Assembly: GCA_045576575.1 (NCBI GenBank)
Contig: JAZNGR010000062.1
Coordinates: forward strand, 1 to 38,977
Direction: 5' to 3'
DNA: 38,977 bases
Source of the DNA: Eubacteriales bacterium
GTDB taxonomy: Bacteria; Bacillota; Clostridia; Oscillospirales; QAKW01
Part shown: one piece after another, positions 31,868-38,977 of the stretch
Position numbering within the stretch: the stretch's first letter is position 1
Layout: each line of letters begins with the position of its first letter
Translations under genes and position numbers: made by a program
Notes under the pieces: generated by a model
Databases searched by the model: none
The model's input: the letters and a program-made list of their open reading frames with translations, nothing else
What the model was told of the DNA's origin: nothing

Positions 31868-31879
31868 TTACATCACCTC

Positions 31880-33049
31880 CTAGGACGCGGCCATAGTGAG
31901 CTTAGCGATCTTCTGGGTGTCAGCGACCTTCGCGTCCATCTCAAGCCATGCGACCAGGCCGATGGCGTGCTGGGTGGCATATTTTTCATAAAGAAGCTGC
32001 ATGTTGGCGGCTTCGGAGATCTTGACGGCAAGGCCAGAGAAGTCACCGTAAAAGACCACATCTTTACCGGCTGCCATGTCATCCATTTGCGCGGAGACAT
32101 AAACATCACGGCCGAGCAAGGTGTAACCCCATTTCGCCGCAAAATCACGGTTCAAGAGGTAGTTACCGTCTTTGTCTTTGAGCTGGCGGATCTTATTGCG
32201 GGTGGCGCGGCTCATGATCCAGTATGAGTTGCTCTGGTAGTTATCGACAACCTTGTCCTGGAGATCCATGAGTTCGTCAGCAGTCACGGCGGTGGTGGCT
32301 TCGGCGGTGACAGTCATAGCGGAAGTAATACCGGAAAGGCCCTCGATTTTATCTTCGGTGCCATGGAGAAGCTCTTTCTCGATGAATTTGGCGATCTTCT
32401 CGGCCATTTTAGCCTCTACATACCCGACAATATCAAAGTTGGTGTTGTTGATGAGGGAGCGGGAGATTTTAGCAAGCGCACCGGCGAGGAAGCCTTTAAG
32501 CTCAATCGAGGTAATTTTGACGTTACCAGCCGTGAGTTCCTCGAACTCGTCAGCATAGGCCACCTCAAGATTGCCGCCGTCATCTTTGGGGATGACGAAG
32601 GTGCCTTTAATGTTGAATTTATCGGCCCACTGGTAGATCGGGCAGATTTCTTCGACCTTGCTAATAATGCGATCCCAGATAGTAGTAGGAATCATCACCT
32701 TGCCGTCATCGACGGTGATGTTGGTGTCCTCGTTGCGAACGCCGCGAAGATAATTTGCGAATTGCTTGCGCTCTTTAGCTTCAATCTGTTTGCGCTCGGC
32801 TTCGTCAGTCACGGCGCCGGCGGCTGGGGTAGTTTCAGGAACTTTCTTAAGGTTCATGTTTTCGACCTCTTCTGCCATAGAAAGCGTGGCGTCGATGTTT
32901 TCGACTTCTTTCTTCAAGTCGTTAAATTTCTTTTTTTCCTCGTCAGAGACGGGGCGGTTTTCGGTCTTAGCCGTATTTACGATGGTCTCCATTTCGGTGA
33001 CCTTCGTGTTGCGGTTTTCGACCAGTTGTTTCTCGTTGAAACCTGGCAT
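31880..33049 (-). CDS. Major capsid protein, HK97 family
   Basis: It is 389 aa with an N-terminal coiled-coil delta-like region followed by a capsid fold. It lies after the ClpP-like protease. The RBS is AAGGAGG. Confidence 0.93.
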   Translation of the reverse strand: MPGFNEKQLVENRNTKVTEMETIVNTAKTENRPVSDEEKKKFNDLKKEVENIDATLSMAEEVENMNLKKVPETTPAAGAVTDEAERKQIEAKERKQFANYLRGVRNEDTNITVDDGKVMIPTTIWDRIISKVEEICPIYQWADKFNIKGTFVIPKDDGGNLEVAYADEFEELTAGNVKITSIELKGFLAGALAKISRSLINNTNFDIVGYVEAKMAEKIAKFIEKELLHGTEDKIEGLSGITSAMTVTAEATTAVTADELMDLQDKVVDNYQSNSYWIMSRATRNKIRQLKDKDGNYLLNRDFAAKWGYTLLGRDVYVSAQMDDMAAGKDVVFYGDFSGLAVKISEAANMQLLYEKYATQHAIGLVAWLEMDAKVADTQKIAKLTMAAS

Positions 33050-33067
33050 AGTATGTCCTCCTTGGAG

Positions 33068-33886
33068 TTAATGTTTTATACTTTTGATTATACCATCAAA
33101 TTCGGAATAATCTAAATTTTCCTCTTTGTGATTTTCCACAGGCTTTTCTTGGGTTTCTTTGGTCTTTTCCACCGGCTTTTCCACAGGCTTTTCTTCTTTT
33201 TCCGGCTCCAGGTTCTTTAACTCGGCCGGCACATGCTGGTATTTATTAAACAGTCTTTTCGAGGCGCAGGCCGCCACGGTTTTTGTCTGGTCGAGGTAGT
33301 TTACCTCGAAAAAGTTGCCGATGAATAGCTCATCATCTTTGTTGCCATTAAACCAGGTTTCCGCGGCGATGAGATCTTTGATTTCGGCCTCGTCCACCTT
33401 GGCTTTGTCCATATAAAGCGGAATCATGGTGTTATCTTCTAGGGATTCGAGCAGGTCGGCCTCTTTCTGCATGTCCTCGGAATCACCGATCGCAAAAGAC
33501 CACGGCTTGTGAATCATCATGATTGAGTTTTTATAGATATTCACGTCGTCAGCGACTAGGGCCAGGAATGAGGCCGCCGAAGCCGCCACGCCGTCAATAA
33601 ATGAGTGGATCTTCGCGCCGGAGTTCATCTTGAATCTGTTAAACAGTGAGATGATGGTTGAGGCTGCGAACACCGAGCCGCCCGGTGAGTTGATGTAAAT
33701 ATTCAGATCCCGGACGCCTTGCTTTTGTAGCTCTTCCAGTTCAGTTTTGACATCGTTAGTGTCCACGGCGGTGGTGCTAACTTCGCCAGTCCAAAAGTCC
33801 GGCTCTTTTTCGTCCACAATCTCACCGTAGACGTAAAAATCAGCGCTTGTCGCCGTCACATTTTTGAAGTATTTAAGCCTCTTCAT
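33068..33886 (-). CDS. ClpP-like (S14) prohead serine protease with C-terminal EKPVEK repeats
   Basis: Motifs are INSPGGSVFAAS, IDGVAASAASFLAL and MMIHKPW. The start at 33886 has the RBS AAAGGAGCTGAAA-ATG; the track ORF start at 34006 lies inside the portal gene. Confidence 0.9.
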   Translation of the reverse strand: MKRLKYFKNVTATSADFYVYGEIVDEKEPDFWTGEVSTTAVDTNDVKTELEELQKQGVRDLNIYINSPGGSVFAASTIISLFNRFKMNSGAKIHSFIDGVAASAASFLALVADDVNIYKNSIMMIHKPWSFAIGDSEDMQKEADLLESLEDNTMIPLYMDKAKVDEAEIKDLIAAETWFNGNKDDELFIGNFFEVNYLDQTKTVAACASKRLFNKYQHVPAELKNLEPEKEEKPVEKPVEKTKETQEKPVENHKEENLDYSEFDGIIKSIKH

Positions 33887-35168
33887 TTTCAGCTCCTTTC
33901 TTATTATTTTCATCCGTTGTATTATTTTGGCTTCCACTTTCTGGGTTCTTGGTGTCGGTCTGGGTGTCGGTGTTCGGGGTGTAATAGGTGTGAGTATTAG
34001 TATCATAAAGCACCGCAGAGAGGCCCACGTTGATCACATCTAGGCCTTCGATGTGGTTCATGTTTTCGGCCTGGCGGATCTCGTTTAAGGTCATGAAGCC
34101 GGTCTCTTTGGCCGTCTTGTATGCGTCGAAGCGATCCTTGATATTCGCCCGCAAAATCTCCTTCGTGTCAAACTCGAAGAAGTAATTTAACTTTTCGCTC
34201 TCAAGCAGCAGAGTATTGTTCAGAGCGGCCTCGAAGGCTTTAATCACCGGGTAGATGGCCTCTTTGAAGGTTCGGTCAAAATCTTTTTCGTTAATGTGAA
34301 AGATCTTCTCGATCTCGGCCGCCAGGGTCTTTTTGTTCTGGTCAAGCTGCATTTCCACGGCGGTGCTGGAGGCCTCTTGGAACTCCACGCCCTTGTTTAG
34401 CACCATGCTGCCATCGCTATCATCAGAGTATAGGCGGCGCCAAGAGTTTTTTAGCGCGTTGATTTCCTGCTGGCCGAGTTTGTGATCGGATTTGAGGAAG
34501 CCGCGTTTGTTTCCGCCTCTCATCACCTGCTTTAACTGGTAGAGTAGCGTGGTATAGGCCGTTTCAAGCGCCTTCGCCACTTCATCAGTGAGACCGCGCC
34601 CGGTCATGCCGTTTTTAGTATCGCGCAAGATCCTCAAGACTTCATACTCTTTGTAGTATTTGTCACCAATCATAAATCGGCCGGTTTTGTAGATGGGGTC
34701 TATATTGGTGAAGGCCGAGATTTCCACATCCTTGACATAGTATAGGCCATCTACTTGGTTCCGGTAGTTTCGCCGCACATACGCGTAGCCTCCCTTTCCG
34801 AGCAGGTAGTCCTCGACCATCGCCTTGCGCATTTCGTATGCGTTCAAGATGTCGCCGGTGCTGCCATTTAATAGGCGCACCCGACTATCAAGCCTCACCT
34901 CCTCCACACGCCTTTTCTTATCAGTGGGGTCATCCGGGTTGGTTTGTACTTTGTAGTGGTACAATTTAATCGGCATACTCGCCACCGTGCCGGCGATTAG
35001 ATCCACCGCGCTGCTCACCGCTGGTAGCATTAAAGCCTTATCTCTGGTGATGGTTTCGCCCGCCATCAGCGCCTGGAGAAGGGTGTCGTCGACCTGCGGC
35101 TCTGTTTTTGTCAGCTGGCCTTGATCTTGGTTTGAGATCCTTTTTTTTATAAAATCAAATATAGCCAT
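33873..35168 (-). CDS. Portal protein (HK97 family)
   Basis: It is 431 aa, between terL and the protease. The size and sequence pattern are typical of this family. Confidence 0.9.
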   Translation of the reverse strand: MAIFDFIKKRISNQDQGQLTKTEPQVDDTLLQALMAGETITRDKALMLPAVSSAVDLIAGTVASMPIKLYHYKVQTNPDDPTDKKRRVEEVRLDSRVRLLNGSTGDILNAYEMRKAMVEDYLLGKGGYAYVRRNYRNQVDGLYYVKDVEISAFTNIDPIYKTGRFMIGDKYYKEYEVLRILRDTKNGMTGRGLTDEVAKALETAYTTLLYQLKQVMRGGNKRGFLKSDHKLGQQEINALKNSWRRLYSDDSDGSMVLNKGVEFQEASSTAVEMQLDQNKKTLAAEIEKIFHINEKDFDRTFKEAIYPVIKAFEAALNNTLLLESEKLNYFFEFDTKEILRANIKDRFDAYKTAKETGFMTLNEIRQAENMNHIEGLDVINVGLSAVLYDTNTHTYYTPNTDTQTDTKNPESGSQNNTTDENNKKGAENEEA

Positions 35169-35231
35169 TTTTTAGTCCTCTTTGCCTTTTATTATACTAC
35201 AAAAATAAACCAACCCTAAAACATTGTCGAT

Positions 35232-35284
35232 GTGTACATATAGGCTTTGGCGGGTGTACATATCGCCCGGATATGTGTACATAT
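35232..35284. repeat. Three phased copies of GTGTACATAT in the terL-portal gap
   Basis: Copies lie at 35232-35241, 35254-35263 and 35275-35284 (spacing 22 and 21 bp). The third sits in the inverted repeat ATATGT-GT-ACATAT. Confidence 0.6.
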
Positions 35285-35314
35285 TCCCCGGTATGACACG
35301 TTTTGCAAAAAAAG

Positions 35315-35342
35315 TTGATTCGGGGCGGTTTTATGTTATAAT
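35315..35342 (+). promoter_or_regulatory. Near-consensus extended -10 promoter on plus strand (antisense to terL)
   Basis: TTGATT lies at 35315-35320, followed by a 16-nt spacer and TGT-TATAAT (TG 35334-35, TATAAT 35337-35342). Confidence 0.45.
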
Positions 35343-35410
35343 ATCTCGCCATCTCTGTTGCTATAACATATTTCCAGCATTTTCGTAAAGTCATGCAAAT
35401 GGTAAATGCG

Positions 35411-37114
35411 TTAAAACTCTTGCACCACGAAGTCGCCTTGCCCCAGGAAGATGTCCTGTTGCAGTAAATACACCGCGTTGATCAAGCTCACCACCATGTC
35501 GACCTTGCCGGTGGATTTCTTTTTGTGGACGTAGGCGTTTTTGTTTGTGTCGTAGCTACACCGGGCGTTTTGAAAGTTGATCTCTAGCAGCTTGTTTTCT
35601 TCGTACTGGAACTCTTTGCTCAAGATCTTTTCTTTGAGCAGCTTGGTGGGCGGATGTAGTACGCTGGAGTGCTGGCGGATTTCCACCATGTTGTAGCCTT
35701 CATTTTCGAGCTTTTGGGCCGTAGATAGAGCGTTCCAGCGGTCATAGCCGATGGCCTGAATCTGCACGCCGTACTTCTCCTCCAGGTGAGTGATAAAGTT
35801 TTCCACATATACATAGTCAATCACTTTGTCACCGCAGGCATGCACCCAGCCGCCGGCGTTTAATAGCTCTTGGTAGTCGACCTTTTCCGAGACGGTTTTT
35901 TCAGTGATTCGGCCCTCCGGTATAAAGGCGAAGCTGGCCGCCAGGATCTCATTGTTATCATCCACGGCCGCCATCGACACGCTAGTGTTGTCGTTACTCT
36001 CTGATAAGTCCACGCCCAGGTACACCACCCGGCCTTCCCAGTCAATATGATTCACTTTGCACTCGCGCACATCCTTCACGTCGATGTAGGTTTCAGTTCC
36101 TACACCCTGGTAGATGATGTTACAGTGCTTGGTGACGAAGTTTTCCCTGGCGCTTTCCACGGCGATCGCATACGCGCGTTTTTTAACAAGATCCTCCCAG
36201 ATTTCCGGGATTTCCAGCGCCACCGGGTTTGACTGTTGCAAAATAAGATCGTTAGTTTCCCACCCCTTTGTCTTGTCCGGCTCATAAAGCAGCGCGAAGC
36301 GCGTTTGATCGTCTTCGATTCCATCCAGCACCTTTTTAGAATAGCCCACCTCATCCTCGAAGGGGTTGTCGATCGTGGGGTACTTGGTCGAGATAATAAA
36401 GCCCAGCTTGTTTAAGGTGTTCAGCTGGCCCGACCTCATGGCGTTAATGGCATAACTGTTCGGCAGCGCGCCGACCTCATCAGCGATGAAAGCGTTAGGC
36501 ATGCGCCCATCCATGCGACTGGTGCTATATGATAGCGGGGTGAGCTTTGTTTGTTTTGGTTTAAATAAAATGTAGTCGCGCAGGATCTTAAAGCGCTTCT
36601 TTTTTTTGTTCTCATACAAAAGCGGGCTGGACTTGATCGTTTCTTCGAGGGCCGTCTTTACCTCTTTCGACAAGGCGCCATCCGGCGCCACCGAAAAAAA
36701 TTGCGAGAAGTCCGGCTCGATGAGGAATAAGAGGATGAAAATAGTCGCCACGGTGTACGTCTTGAAGTTCTTGCGACAGATTTCCAGCACGCCGGTTTCA
36801 TAGCGCCGGCGCTCCGGGTTGTCACGGTACACTACGCAGAGGATAGCGGTGTAAAAAAGCCATTGGTAGCCCATCGTGCAGTCGTAAAGCGTCTGGCCGG
36901 CCTTGAGGCCTTTCGGCATAATCAGAATTTTAAGAATGTTCTCCAATTGCTTTAGCTTGGTGCCGCTTACTTTATATTTCTTATCTTTGCCCTCGCAGAT
37001 CCTCATGAAGTCTCTCATCTGGAGCTTGACATATTTCGGGGTTGTTTTTTGTTTTATTGACTTTTTGCAAAAAATATATGCTTGGCAGTTAGTCAGTTTC
37101 CTCATAATCATCAC
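35411..37114 (-). CDS. terL: Terminase large subunit (Terminase_1-like)
   Basis: It is 567 aa, between terS and the portal. It has N-terminal ATPase and C-terminal nuclease regions (VYLGVDLSESNDNTS..., GYDRWN...). The exact start is ambiguous (37114, 37111 or 37105). Confidence 0.92.
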   Translation of the reverse strand: MMIMRKLTNCQAYIFCKKSIKQKTTPKYVKLQMRDFMRICEGKDKKYKVSGTKLKQLENILKILIMPKGLKAGQTLYDCTMGYQWLFYTAILCVVYRDNPERRRYETGVLEICRKNFKTYTVATIFILLFLIEPDFSQFFSVAPDGALSKEVKTALEETIKSSPLLYENKKKKRFKILRDYILFKPKQTKLTPLSYSTSRMDGRMPNAFIADEVGALPNSYAINAMRSGQLNTLNKLGFIISTKYPTIDNPFEDEVGYSKKVLDGIEDDQTRFALLYEPDKTKGWETNDLILQQSNPVALEIPEIWEDLVKKRAYAIAVESARENFVTKHCNIIYQGVGTETYIDVKDVRECKVNHIDWEGRVVYLGVDLSESNDNTSVSMAAVDDNNEILAASFAFIPEGRITEKTVSEKVDYQELLNAGGWVHACGDKVIDYVYVENFITHLEEKYGVQIQAIGYDRWNALSTAQKLENEGYNMVEIRQHSSVLHPPTKLLKEKILSKEFQYEENKLLEINFQNARCSYDTNKNAYVHKKKSTGKVDMVVSLINAVYLLQQDIFLGQGDFVVQEF

Positions 37115-37460
37115 CGCCGTTTATCGCCGCCATTAGACTGTCTTTTTCTTCGTCGGCCTCATCGCCAACGTTAAAGCTCTTGATGATCCTCATTAAAGTT
37201 GAGACGGTTTTATTGGCACTGTCGGTGGTTCGGTTATAGTCCGCCACCGCCGGATTAGAATAGAGGTTTTTTCGCCCTTTGACATATTCCTTCGTGACGG
37301 TCGATCCCTCGGATTTGATGGACTTTTCCAGGCCAGCCAAAATATTGAGCTGGACTTGGTACCGCTTGAAAGTGGTTAGAAAAAAGAAGTTAGATTGAAC
37401 GCCGGACGCTTCGGCAATTTTAATAATTTCTTGGGCTTGTTCATTGAGACTTTTTGTCAT
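37089..37460 (-). CDS. terS: Terminase small subunit (P27-like)
   Basis: It is 123 aa, immediately upstream of terL and overlapping it. The pattern TTFKRYQVQLNILAGLEKSI...LYSNPAVADYNRT is P27-like. Confidence 0.8.
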   Translation of the reverse strand: MTKSLNEQAQEIIKIAEASGVQSNFFFLTTFKRYQVQLNILAGLEKSIKSEGSTVTKEYVKGRKNLYSNPAVADYNRTTDSANKTVSTLMRIIKSFNVGDEADEEKDSLMAAINGGDDYEETD

Positions 37461-37495
37461 GGTGTTTTTGCTCCTTATGGTTCTATTTTACCACA

Positions 37496-38758
37496 TCATA
37501 TTTTCACCGCCTTTTTACCTGTCATTTTTTCCCACCTGGCAATTATCACGTCGACGTAGTGCGGGTCATACTCCATCATCCGGCACTTGCGCCCAAGTTG
37601 CTCGCACGCCATTAAAGTGCTGCCGCTCCCGCCGAAAAGATCAAGCACTATTTCGCCTGGGCGGCTGCTGTTTTTGATTTGGTGGCCAATGAGGTCGAGT
37701 GGTTTCATGGTGGGGTGCAGGTCATTTCGTTGCGGGTTTTTATAGTCCAGCACTGTTGTTTCAACAGTATATATTTTTTTAAGAATTTTAATGGCTTCGT
37801 TGCGGTCTAGTTTATCAAAATCAAGTGGCTTCTCGTCTATCACCGTTGAATAGGTGCGGTTTGTAGTAAAAAAGTGTGCGGCCCCTGCTTTCCAGCCGTA
37901 CAAACATGGCTCATGCTTCCATTGATAGTCTTGCCTCCCAAAAACAAAACGGTTCTTATTCCAAATAAGTTGCTGGCGCACTTCAAGTCCGTTGTCTTGA
38001 AGTGATGTTATAAATGGTACAGTGCCGTTCGCGCCATGCCAAACATAAAATACTCCGCCATCTTTTAAGTGCCGGTGCATATTTGCAAATGCAGCATTTA
38101 GGAAGGTTAAAAACTCTATTTCGTCCATGTCGTCGTTCTCAATAGTCAACCCTATTCGGTCTGGGTCAGCGCGACTTCCGCTCCGGACGGCCACATTATA
38201 TGGCGGATCGGTCACTACAAGATCGGCCTCTTCTTCCCCAATCAAGTGCCAGACATCCTCTTCGCTTGTGGAATCGCCGCACAAAAGCCGGTGGTCGCCT
38301 AGCTGGTAGAGTTCGCCTGTTTTAGCAACCGCTTCCACCTTCTCTTCGGATTCGTCGAAGTCGTCCTCGACCAGTTCGATGTTTTCTTCTTCGATGTCAT
38401 CGAAGCCAAAATCGGCCATGTCAAGTGAGATAGCCGCCAGTTCTTCGCGCAGCAGCTCCTCATCCCAGCCAGCCATATCAGATAGCTTGTTATCTGCTAG
38501 AATGTACGCGCGCTTTTGATCTTCGTTTAAGTTCGTCACGCGCCGGTATGGCACTTCGGTCACTCCGGCGTCTTTGGCCGCCTCTACACGACCGTGGCCG
38601 GCCAGAATCATGTTATTTTCGTCGATTATGACCGGGGAGACAAAACCAAATTCTTTAATTGAGTTTTTAATCTTTTCAATCTGTTCGTCGCTATGAGTGC
38701 GGGCGTTCCGCTCGTATGCCGAAAGCTCTGCTATCGGGATCTTTGGATATTCGGGCAG
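37496..38758 (-). CDS. ParB-like nuclease domain fused to beta-class N4/N6 DNA methyltransferase
   Basis: DPPY (VVTDPPYNV) precedes FGGSGST. The ParB-N motif ...ELSAYERNARTHSDEQIEKIKNSIKEFGFVSPVIIDENNMILAGHGR begins upstream of the first ATG (38611). The proposed start is CTG at 38758, 8 nt after AAAGGAGG. Confidence 0.8.
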   Translation of the reverse strand: MPEYPKIPIAELSAYERNARTHSDEQIEKIKNSIKEFGFVSPVIIDENNMILAGHGRVEAAKDAGVTEVPYRRVTNLNEDQKRAYILADNKLSDMAGWDEELLREELAAISLDMADFGFDDIEEENIELVEDDFDESEEKVEAVAKTGELYQLGDHRLLCGDSTSEEDVWHLIGEEEADLVVTDPPYNVAVRSGSRADPDRIGLTIENDDMDEIEFLTFLNAAFANMHRHLKDGGVFYVWHGANGTVPFITSLQDNGLEVRQQLIWNKNRFVFGRQDYQWKHEPCLYGWKAGAAHFFTTNRTYSTVIDEKPLDFDKLDRNEAIKILKKIYTVETTVLDYKNPQRNDLHPTMKPLDLIGHQIKNSSRPGEIVLDLFGGSGSTLMACEQLGRKCRMMEYDPHYVDVIIARWEKMTGKKAVKI

Positions 38759-38866
38759 CTTGGCCGCCTCCTTTTCTTTTAAGTTTGCCCCCCCCCCGTG
38801 GGTTTGTTAAATAATTCGTCCATTATGGCTCCATTTCTGCACCCTCTTATAATTTTATTTCTTTTT

Positions 38867-38901
38867 GGCGCGAATTTAAGCGTTTTAATCGCTTTTGCGC
38901 C
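38867..38901. other. Two-tier inverted repeat near right terminus (possible terminase/cos accessory site)
   Basis: The sequence reads GGCGC-gaattt-AAGCG-ttttaat-CGCTT-tt-GCGCC. It lies 57 bp from the right physical end. Confidence 0.35.
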
Positions 38902-38958
38902 ATTTCGGCCGGTCTTTCCAAAAAACTCATGAAAAATCATAATTTTTGTGAACGAGGG

Positions 38959-38977
38959 AAGTCGGAGGCCAAGCGGT
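38959..38977. other. Sequencing adapter remnant (MGI/BGISEQ adapter start AAGTCGGAGGCCAAGCGGT)
   Basis: It matches the first 19 nt of the MGI/BGISEQ adapter exactly. Its reverse complement sits at 1-19. Confidence 0.85.

Larger units (their letters stand above)
20..38958 (-). mobile_element. Temperate siphovirus genome (HK97-like head module, defined cos-type ends, serine integrase)
   Basis: Complete lysogeny, replication, lysis, packaging, head and tail modules lie between the two adapter remnants. Gene content and order are listed in the features below. Confidence 0.9.

Noticed and set aside
33096-33104. TGGTATAAT on the minus strand just upstream of the capsid gene (possible internal promoter)
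   Set aside because: It lies within the last codons of the protease gene (FDGIIKSIKH) and has no -35 element. It could be real but cannot be distinguished from chance in AT-rich coding sequence.
35197-35394. 65-aa ORF between terL and portal
   Set aside because: It has no RBS and a Cys/His/Arg-rich odd composition. It spans the repeat array and promoter elements, so the region is treated as regulatory DNA.
1-38977. Perfect 19-bp terminal inverted repeats, suggesting a transposon, a linear plasmid-prophage with hairpin telomeres (N15-like), or a palindromic junction
   Set aside because: The 19-mer is the MGI/BGISEQ sequencing adapter. No transposase or protelomerase is present, and the similarity stops exactly at the adapter boundary.
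1-38977. Search for tRNA, tmRNA, rRNA, reverse transcriptase/DGR, retron and toxin-antitoxin pairs
   Set aside because: No T-loop/acceptor signatures (GTTCGAATC-type), no YxDD RT motif and no recognisable toxin domains were seen. This absence is by-eye only and should be confirmed with tRNAscan-SE, Rfam and HMM scans.

Overview
Near-complete genome (~38.9 kb) of a temperate, HK97-like siphovirus with cos-type defined ends, from a Gram-positive (Firmicutes/Clostridia-like) host. Both contig ends carry 19-nt MGI/BGISEQ adapter remnants (1-19 and 38959-38977). Real sequence is therefore 20-38958, and the ends are probably the physical virion DNA termini. Nearly all genes are on the minus strand; only the CI-like repressor and a large serine integrase are on plus. 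Minus-strand order from the right end: ParB-nuclease/DNA-methyltransferase fusion, TerS, TerL, portal, ClpP-like prohead protease, HK97-type capsid, connector/adaptor proteins and major tail protein. Next come the G/GT chaperone with an A_AAA_AAC -1 slippery site, a 1471-aa tape measure and Dit. An inserted receptor-binding cassette follows (BppU-like adaptor, fibre, 720-aa pectate-lyase-fold tailspike), then Tal and an FN3 fibre protein. After that lies a ~5 kb block of small non-structural genes (XRE regulator, KGG stress-like protein, small membrane proteins), then a second receptor-binding cassette ending in a BspA-type LRR protein, then RusA and a secreted LysM-CAP moron. The left part holds the integrase, the CI/Cro switch, ERF, SSB, a replication initiator with an embedded iteron ori, a DnaC-like loader, holin, endolysin and an HNH endonuclease at the left end. 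Observations most worth a second look: (1) a 650-bp ORF-free, GC-rich island (14641-15294) with four promoter/terminator-delimited candidate small RNAs converging on one bidirectional terminator. (2) Strong over-representation of the DnaA-box-like 9-mer TTTTCCACA, clustered in two paralogous promoter cassettes and in the immunity switch. (3) A 240-bp regulatory gap between terL and portal with three helically phased GTGTACATAT sites and an antisense promoter. (4) Adapter-marked termini flanked by repeats. (5) A ParB-methyltransferase whose ParB domain starts upstream of any canonical start codon. No tRNA, rRNA, CRISPR array or reverse transcriptase was seen. All functional calls rest on motif recognition by eye and on synteny; no database search was possible.
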